Source of the DNA: an uncultured Acidimicrobiaceae bacterium
GTDB lineage: Bacteria; Actinomycetota; Acidimicrobiia; Spongiisociales; UBA5794
Assembly (NCBI GenBank): GCA_964647265.1
Contig: CAZYGP010000002.1
Coordinates: 1-33,617, forward strand
Reading direction: 5' to 3'
DNA: 33,617 bases
In this document: piece after piece, positions 27,862 to 33,617 of the stretch
Numbering within the stretch: position 1 is the stretch's first letter
How the letters are laid out: each line of letters opens with the position of its first letter
The notes under the pieces: generated by a model
The model's database searches: none
Told to the model about the DNA's origin: nothing
The model's input: only the letters and a program-made list of their open reading frames with translations
Translations under genes and position numbers: made by a program

Positions 27862-28380
27862 ATGAGCACGTCCGCACGCCTCGCCATCGTCGTCGCTTTC
27901 CTCTCGGTTGCGGCCGCCGCTTGTTCGGTCTCGATCGACGCTGCGTCGCCCTCCGCCACGGCCGAGCCGAGCGAGATCGCGCCCATCTTCGCTGTGGAGA
28001 CGATGGACGGCTCGTTCTCCCTCTCCGACCACCTCGCGAACGATGGCCGACCAGTGTTCTTGAACCTGTGGGCGTCTTGGTGCTTCCCGTGCCGTGAGGA
28101 GATGCCTGCCATCGACCGATCGTCGATCCAACATCCCGAGATCGCCTTCATCGGCGTGTCGGTTCAGGACACCAGGGAGGACGCGATCGCCTTCGCCGAG
28201 GAGATCGGCGTGAGCTACTCCCTCGGTTTCGACGACCAGGATTCGGTGGACGACGCCTATCGGCCGCTCGGCCTCCCAGCGTCATACATCATCTCGTCCG
28301 AAGGCATCATCCTCGAACGCATCTTCGGGAAGATCACCGAAGGCGACCTCGCCGAGAAGTTCGAGAAGCACTTCGGGTGA
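27862..28380 (+). CDS. TlpA/ResA-like thiol-disulfide oxidoreductase lipoprotein
   Basis: Lipobox-like VAAAAC after the signal peptide. Thioredoxin motif LWASWCFPCREEMP. cis-Pro region GLPASYII. ATG at 27862. Confidence 0.8.
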   Translation: MSTSARLAIVVAFLSVAAAACSVSIDAASPSATAEPSEIAPIFAVETMDGSFSLSDHLANDGRPVFLNLWASWCFPCREEMPAIDRSSIQHPEIAFIGVSVQDTREDAIAFAEEIGVSYSLGFDDQDSVDDAYRPLGLPASYIISSEGIILERIFGKITEGDLAEKFEKHFG

Positions 28381-28443
28381 CCTGACCCGAGCGCGGCGCG
28401 TGACTACTAGCTTCGTGCGTTCACGCCGTTGACGGGATCAGGG

Positions 28444-29136
28444 ATGGACGAGACACTTCGCGCGCCGACATGGACGGACGGAGTGCGCGCCGTCGCCCCG
28501 CTCATCCTCGGAGTCGCCCCGTTCGGACTGATCTTCGGTGTCACGGCTGTTGCGGCCGACGTGCCTCCCGTCGCGGCGTGGGCATCGTCGTTCCTGGTGT
28601 TCGCTGGAGCGAGCCAGATCGCCATCGTGGAGATCCTCGGAAGTGGTGGGAGTGCAGCCGTCGCCTTCGTCACCGCCGTGATCATCAATGCGCGGCTGTT
28701 GATGTATTCGGCGGACATGGGCAGGTACACGGTGGACCTTCCTCGACGGACCAAGATCTCGATCGGCTACCTGCTCACGGATCAGGCATACCTCACGGCT
28801 GCCCATCGGTTTCCTGATCCCGCTTCACGAAACGGGATCGTCCCCTTCTACTTCGGGGCAGGGCTCGCTCTGTGGACGACGTGGCAGGTCACGACGACGA
28901 CCGGGATGGTGCTGGGCACCGCCGTTCCCGGTTCGTGGTCACTCGAGTTCGCGATTCCCCTCACGTTCATGGCGTTGCTCGTGATCGCCGTCAAGGACAC
29001 ACCCCAGCTGGTCGCGGCCATCGTGGGCGCTGGGTTCGCCGTCGCAGCCATCGGGCTTCCCTACAACCTGGGACTCCTGCTCGGAGCGGGCATGGGCGTC
29101 GTCGGAGGCCTGGTAGCGGAGCGGTTCCGATCGTGA
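28444..29136 (+). CDS. azlC: AzlC-family branched-chain amino acid exporter subunit
   Basis: Polytopic ORF. Motifs APLILGVAPFGLIFG...FAGASQ...INARLLMYS are typical of AzlC. Alternative TTG start at 28429. Confidence 0.8.
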   Translation: MDETLRAPTWTDGVRAVAPLILGVAPFGLIFGVTAVAADVPPVAAWASSFLVFAGASQIAIVEILGSGGSAAVAFVTAVIINARLLMYSADMGRYTVDLPRRTKISIGYLLTDQAYLTAAHRFPDPASRNGIVPFYFGAGLALWTTWQVTTTTGMVLGTAVPGSWSLEFAIPLTFMALLVIAVKDTPQLVAAIVGAGFAVAAIGLPYNLGLLLGAGMGVVGGLVAERFRS

Positions 29137-29453
29137 CCATGTGGCTCGTCGTCATCGCCGCTGGTATCGCGACCTTCGCGATGCGGTTCTCGTTCATCGC
29201 CCTCTTCGGAAAGGTCGAAGTGCCTCCCGCCCTCGAAAGATCGCTCCGTTACGTGGCGCCCGCCGTGCTTGCCGCGCTCACGGTCCCTGCGATCGTCGGA
29301 CCAGGTGGACAGTTCGACCCGTGGAACGCATTCCTGCCGGCTGCCATTGCTGGAGGGCTCGCGGCGTGGCGGACGCGCAGCATCGGCGCAGGCATCGTGG
29401 TCGGTCTTCCGACCCTGTGGCTCATCGAGTCGTTGATCCGCACCTCCGCCTGA
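29133..29453 (+). CDS. azlD: AzlD-family small membrane subunit
   Basis: 106-aa hydrophobic ORF (ATFAMRFSFIALFG...YVAPAVLAAL). The GTG start forms a GTGA overlap with the azlC stop. Confidence 0.75.
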   Translation: MTMWLVVIAAGIATFAMRFSFIALFGKVEVPPALERSLRYVAPAVLAALTVPAIVGPGGQFDPWNAFLPAAIAGGLAAWRTRSIGAGIVVGLPTLWLIESLIRTSA

Positions 29454-29487
29454 TCCGCTCATCCGGCATCTGGGGGCGCGGTAGACG

Positions 29488-30261
29488 TCAGCGTCCGCGC
29501 CAAAGCGGTGCGCGCTTCTCGAGGAAGGCCGTGACACCTTCGACCCCGTCCTCTGTCATCGCCTGCGCCGTGAGTCCGATGTGCAGGAGGTCGAATGCCG
29601 AGTCGATGTCCAGGTCCTCCATCGCGTAGAAGGCTCGCTTGCCGAGCGCAAGCGCCGCGGGCGAGCGATCGATGAGGGCAGTCGTTACCGCATCGACCGC
29701 CTCGTCGAGTTCGTCGCGCGGCACGACCCTGGTCACGAGGCCGTGCGCAAGCGCCTCATCGGCGTCGATCACCCGACCGGTCAGCATCATGTCGAGCAGC
29801 GCCTTTCGCGGCATCGTACGAACCAGAACGGCAGAGATCATCATGGGCCACAGTCCGATGCCGATCTCAGGTGTGCCCATGCGTGCGTGGTCGGCTGCGA
29901 TCGTGACGTCCGCAGCGACGGCGATACCGAATCCACCACCGAGTGCGACACCATTGACCCGCGCGACGATGGGCTTCGGATTCTGCATCATCGCCCGCAG
30001 GAGCCCGACGAGCGCACCACGTTCCCCGTGACGCTCGAGTGGCTCGTCGATGAAGCCCCCGGCAAGGTCACCACCCGCAGAGAACGCATCCGACCCTGCG
30101 CCTGTGAGCACGACGACCCTGACGTCGGGATCGTCGGCCGACCGATCGATCGCCGCATGGAGGTCGCGCATTTCTGCGTTGGAAAGCGGATTCCGCCTGT
30201 CGGGATCGTCGATCACGATGCGAGCGACGCTCTCGACGGCCTCGTATGTGATCACCCGCAC
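29488..30261 (-). CDS. Enoyl-CoA hydratase/isomerase (crotonase) family protein
   Basis: Motifs RRNPLS...VVVLTGAG.AFSAGGDL...NGVALGGGFGIAVAAD...G.PEIGIGL. The start is uncertain: GTG at 30261 or 30255, versus the track start at 30312. Confidence 0.85.
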   Translation of the reverse strand: MRVITYEAVESVARIVIDDPDRRNPLSNAEMRDLHAAIDRSADDPDVRVVVLTGAGSDAFSAGGDLAGGFIDEPLERHGERGALVGLLRAMMQNPKPIVARVNGVALGGGFGIAVAADVTIAADHARMGTPEIGIGLWPMMISAVLVRTMPRKALLDMMLTGRVIDADEALAHGLVTRVVPRDELDEAVDAVTTALIDRSPAALALGKRAFYAMEDLDIDSAFDLLHIGLTAQAMTEDGVEGVTAFLEKRAPLWRGR

Positions 30262-30346
30262 CCCCTTCGCACCGGAGCGCGAAACACTAACGAGAATCCC
30301 ATCGGGTGCCATCAGAGCACGGTGGCACCCGCACTATCGTCAACGC

Positions 30347-30907
30347 ATGCAGTGGATCCTGCTCGTCCTCGTCATCTCGATCGTAGTCGGAGCCCTCCGG
30401 GGCGGGAAACTCCGCAACCTGACGGAGATCCGTGTGATCAGCTGGTGGCTGCTCCCCATGGCGCTCGTCGTACTCACGGCTTCCAACTTCGTTCCCGCAG
30501 AGTACGAGACGATCGCAGTCGGACTCGTACTTGCGTCGTATCTGCCACTGTTGTTGTTCGTCTGGTTGAACCGGGACCTGACAGGCATCTGGATCGCCGG
30601 TATGGGAATCCTCATGAACTTCACGGTGATCCTCGCCAACGGTGGAATGCCCGTGCTCGCAGAAGCCGCGATGATCGCAGGCGAGACCGGTGAACTGATC
30701 CTGGACACGAAGCATGTGCTCCTGACGAGCAGCACGAGGCTTCCGTTCCTGGCGGACATCATCCCGCTCCCAGGGGCTGTCCTCTCGATGGGTGACGTGT
30801 TCCTCGCCATCGGCGTCGGTGTATTCCTCGAGGACCAGATGCGTCAGCCTTTGTCACTCTTCGCCCACAGGGTCACAGGTATCCCGGGTTCCGCCGCCGA
30901 CAGCTGA
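30347..30907 (+). CDS. DUF5317-like small polytopic membrane protein
   Basis: 186 aa. MQWILLVLVISIVVGALRGGKLRNL...NF.VILANGGMPV...LPFLADIIPLP...SMGDVFLAIG matches my recollection of the DUF5317 pattern. ATG at 30347. Confidence 0.6.
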   Translation: MQWILLVLVISIVVGALRGGKLRNLTEIRVISWWLLPMALVVLTASNFVPAEYETIAVGLVLASYLPLLLFVWLNRDLTGIWIAGMGILMNFTVILANGGMPVLAEAAMIAGETGELILDTKHVLLTSSTRLPFLADIIPLPGAVLSMGDVFLAIGVGVFLEDQMRQPLSLFAHRVTGIPGSAADS

Positions 30908-30938
30908 TCGCCTCCCGGTTGCCGCCCTCAGCGGTGGA

Positions 30939-32177
30939 TCAGTAGGGAATGGCTCCCCGGAAGACCAGGACGCGGCGCAACGAGGCGGCGACCTGGGGAT
31001 CGAACTCGTACGCCGAACCCTGGTGTATGCGTTCGAGTGCCTCGACGGGAGACAGGCCGAGCTCGATCTGGCCCTGGTCGTAGGCAGAAGCGACCTTGAT
31101 GATCTTCGACGCCATCGGAACGTCAGGGTCGATCTCGATGCCTGGCGAGCGATAGGGCCGGTGCTGACCCTCGACGAGCGTGCTCACATGCTCGAGGTAC
31201 GGCGCTTCCGCGATGATCTGGGCGCCCCAGCGTGCGATGTCCTCGTCCGTGTAGCCGGCCTTGAGGATCGCCGGCTCGTTCAGCGTGATTCGCCCCACGT
31301 CGTGCATCAGGGCTGCGTACTCGAGTTGGACGACCTCGTTCGGATGGAGGCCGAGCTCCTGTGCCACCGCCACCGCCATCTCTGCGGTCCTCGTCGAGTG
31401 ACCGAGTGGCGCGAGACCGGCGACCTCGGGGATCTGGGCGAGTGCGCGAATCGTCTGACCGTAGGTGACCCTCGTGGAGTGGTACCGCTCGAACGCGAGG
31501 TGGCCGAACGCGTATGGAAGGACCGCCACGGCGAATGCCCATGCTCCCATCACCGGCCATGTCAGGCCGAACAGCGTGCCCGCGGCGAAGATCGACACGA
31601 CGACAGCCCAGTCCTCGAGCGAGAGCAACCAGAGGTAGCGACCGGCGAGGTCGGTTCGTTCGGCACCGACGAAGGCAGCGACAAGCGCCCTGACGACGAA
31701 CCAGATGACGCCGCCGACGGTGACGGCAGCCACGGTCGCCCAACTCGGATCGGCGACACCGCCATCGATGAGAGCACCACTCAGGTATGCGAACGTGACG
31801 GCGTACGCCGCCGTGGCGAGCGCGTCCGTGAGGAAGTCACCGTCCGTTCGGTGGTTCCAGGCCTCGAACCGCCTCTGGATGACCCAGGAAAGGGCGAGAG
31901 CCATTGCGGTTGCCGACCCGACCGCCGTCAGGTCGGAGGTGAGTATCGACCCGGCCACGACGGCTCCGATGCCGAGGCTGATCCTCGACCCGGACGGCGC
32001 CGGCACCGAGATGAGGGCGACGAACGTGATGGCGATGGTCCAGACCGTCGCGTCGACGATCCACGCGCCCGTGTCGACGTCCTCTGCTCCCAATCCGACG
32101 ACGGCGAGGATCACGGCAGCGCCTCCGAGCGCGAGCCAGGCGATGACGCTGATCGTGCGCAGCCTCGACTCAGCCAT
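30939..32177 (-). CDS. Membrane-anchored HD-domain protein, degenerate HD-GYP paralog
   Basis: About 240-aa multi-TM N-terminus, then an HD motif (AALMHDVGR). The HHExxDGxGYP block is replaced by EGQHRPYRSPG. The ATG at 32175-32177 overlaps the upstream gene's stop by 8 nt. Confidence 0.7.
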   Translation of the reverse strand: MAESRLRTISVIAWLALGGAAVILAVVGLGAEDVDTGAWIVDATVWTIAITFVALISVPAPSGSRISLGIGAVVAGSILTSDLTAVGSATAMALALSWVIQRRFEAWNHRTDGDFLTDALATAAYAVTFAYLSGALIDGGVADPSWATVAAVTVGGVIWFVVRALVAAFVGAERTDLAGRYLWLLSLEDWAVVVSIFAAGTLFGLTWPVMGAWAFAVAVLPYAFGHLAFERYHSTRVTYGQTIRALAQIPEVAGLAPLGHSTRTAEMAVAVAQELGLHPNEVVQLEYAALMHDVGRITLNEPAILKAGYTDEDIARWGAQIIAEAPYLEHVSTLVEGQHRPYRSPGIEIDPDVPMASKIIKVASAYDQGQIELGLSPVEALERIHQGSAYEFDPQVAASLRRVLVFRGAIPY

Positions 32178-33582
32178 GGGCGGCCCTCGATCCCGTGCCT
32201 CGGTTCGTGTCCATATGCGGCGACTCTGTGACGGCGTGGCTGTGACCGATTCCCTGCTCGGCCCGCCGGCGTGCCTCGTCCTCCGACAGCTCCACCGGGG
32301 ACCCGTACCGCTCGCCCGATGCGCCGAGGACCTCGACGAACACCTCGACGACGTCAGGATCGAACTGGGACCCTGCATGGCGCCGGAGTTCGGCGAACGC
32401 ATACTCCTGGGTCAGCGCGACCCGATACGAGCGCGTCGAAGTCATCGCATCGAACGAGTCCGCCACCGCGAGGATCCGCGCCTCGATCGACGGCGTCGCA
32501 CCTGCGTCGGCTGTCGATCCGTGGTAGCCGTTTCCGTCGAAGTGGGCATGGTGGTTCGATGCGATCTCCACCATGGGACGAAGGAACTCCACCTCGTTGA
32601 GGAGGTCCTCGACGTGATGGACATGCGCCTGCATCTCGTGGTACTCGTCGTCGGTGAGGCGTGCCTTCTTGCGGATGACCTCTCGTGGCACGGCGAGTTT
32701 GCCGACGTCGTGGATGAGCGCCGCCCACCGCAGCTTCTCCAACTGGGTGCCGTTGAACCCCATCGCCTGGCCGATCATGTTCGAGAAGTAGGCCACCCGT
32801 TCCGTGTGGCCACGGGTGTAGAGGTCCTTGGCTTCGAGAGCCTTGATGAACCCCGCGAGCGTGGACAACTGGGCCTCGCGCAGTTTCGCATATGACTCGA
32901 AGGCCATGTACCCGGTGAAGAACACGATGCCGATCAGGGGGATGCTCGCCGGTCCGATCAGCAGATACGTCGCACCGAGAAGCCCGCCGAGGAAGCCCAT
33001 ACCCGTCATCGGAAGGAGGATCGAGGTCATGTGTGACCACGCCATAGCATCGCGTTGGCCGTACACCGATCGGACAATGAACAGGACGAGCTGATAGTTG
33101 ACGAACCCGTACGTTATGGCCGCCAACGCCGAGGCAAGGGCAACTCGCCAGAGATTGGTCTCCCCAACAGGGGCTGAGCCCATAACCAATACGAACACTC
33201 CGGCCGCAGCGGTCACTGTGATGACGATCTGACCGAAGTTGACTGATGGCTGGAACCAGCGCCGTTCCCGGACGTCATCTGGTGTAATCAGCGCAAGGGC
33301 CCCCATGCACGCCGCGCCCAATACCGCAGACTCGTACCCGAATGCAACGACTGCCGTCATCAATACCATCGCACTCGGACTGGCATAGAGCTTGTCGTTG
33401 ACCTCGACGGTATTCCATTCAAAGAAGACATATGCGACGGCAAATATCGCCCAGAGCCAGACGGGGCTTGGAAACTCCTGAAAGAATGCGAGTACCGCGA
33501 GAACGATCAAACCGACCGCGACAAAGGCGACCGCAAGCCTGACTTTGGCTTTCTGTTGTCGTACCAACTCGTTCGGGTACAT
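32170..33582 (-). CDS. Membrane-anchored HD-GYP domain protein (putative cyclic-di-GMP phosphodiesterase)
   Basis: About 230-aa multi-TM N-terminus. HD-GYP core GHTERVA...AALIHDVGKLAV...NHHAHFDGNGYHG...ADSFDAMTS.RSYR. This is a variant HHA/GYH form of the HHE/GYP motif. ATG start. Confidence 0.8.
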   Translation of the reverse strand: MYPNELVRQQKAKVRLAVAFVAVGLIVLAVLAFFQEFPSPVWLWAIFAVAYVFFEWNTVEVNDKLYASPSAMVLMTAVVAFGYESAVLGAACMGALALITPDDVRERRWFQPSVNFGQIVITVTAAAGVFVLVMGSAPVGETNLWRVALASALAAITYGFVNYQLVLFIVRSVYGQRDAMAWSHMTSILLPMTGMGFLGGLLGATYLLIGPASIPLIGIVFFTGYMAFESYAKLREAQLSTLAGFIKALEAKDLYTRGHTERVAYFSNMIGQAMGFNGTQLEKLRWAALIHDVGKLAVPREVIRKKARLTDDEYHEMQAHVHHVEDLLNEVEFLRPMVEIASNHHAHFDGNGYHGSTADAGATPSIEARILAVADSFDAMTSTRSYRVALTQEYAFAELRRHAGSQFDPDVVEVFVEVLGASGERYGSPVELSEDEARRRAEQGIGHSHAVTESPHMDTNRGTGSRAAHG

Positions 33583-33617
33583 GGGCTGGGACCCCTGGCC
33601 GTATGAACGATGATGAG

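Noticed and set aside
30323-30340. TGGCAC-N5 resembling a sigma-54 -24 element
   Set aside because: There is no TTGC -12 element at the correct spacing. Actinobacteria are not known to encode RpoN. The TGGCACCC sequence is better explained as the right arm of the 8-bp inverted repeat.
30792-32231. 479-aa plus-strand ORF antisense to the degenerate HD-GYP gene
   Set aside because: Arg/Asp/Gly-rich with no recognisable domain. It overlaps the DUF5317 3' end and a well-supported minus-strand gene, so it is a high-GC artefact.

Overview
High-GC (about 60-65% by hand counts), almost fully coding chromosomal segment of actinobacterial type, supported by a WhiB-family gene, DUF3107 and a Rho with an R/N/D-rich insertion. 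About two thirds is the conserved actinobacterial housekeeping array, all on the minus strand: argS-lysA | hom-thrC | rmuC | rho-rpmE-DUF1385-prfA-prmC-sua5/tsaC-membrane protein-glyA-atpZ-atpI-atpB-atpE-atpF-atpH-atpA. The atpA gene runs off the left edge. The right third carries tRNA-Arg(CCG), a GatB/YqeY protein, a WhiB1-like regulator with a perfect CRP-type site upstream, DUF3107, Mrp/ApbC, a winged-HTH regulator and aconitase. It continues with a sulfite-oxidase-like Mo enzyme, a TlpA-like lipoprotein, AzlCD, an enoyl-CoA hydratase, DUF5317 and two translationally coupled membrane HD-GYP-type proteins. I see no transposase, integrase, CRISPR array, rRNA, toxin-antitoxin pair or recognisable defence module. 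Many long ORFs in the six-frame track are antisense or upstream-extension artefacts typical of high-GC DNA. I cannot show a demonstrably novel multi-gene system here. The best candidates for a second look are: (1) a plus-strand pair of secreted M23 peptidase paralogs with an unassigned shared C-terminal module, splitting the lysA/hom junction; (2) the canonical plus degenerate HD-GYP pair with DUF5317, whose sensor end is compositionally atypical; (3) cis-elements: CRP site and second palindrome before whiB, structured hom and argS leaders, and an inverted repeat before DUF5317; (4) synteny deviations: no thrB, a Cys-less L31, and DUF1385 embedded in the release-factor operon.
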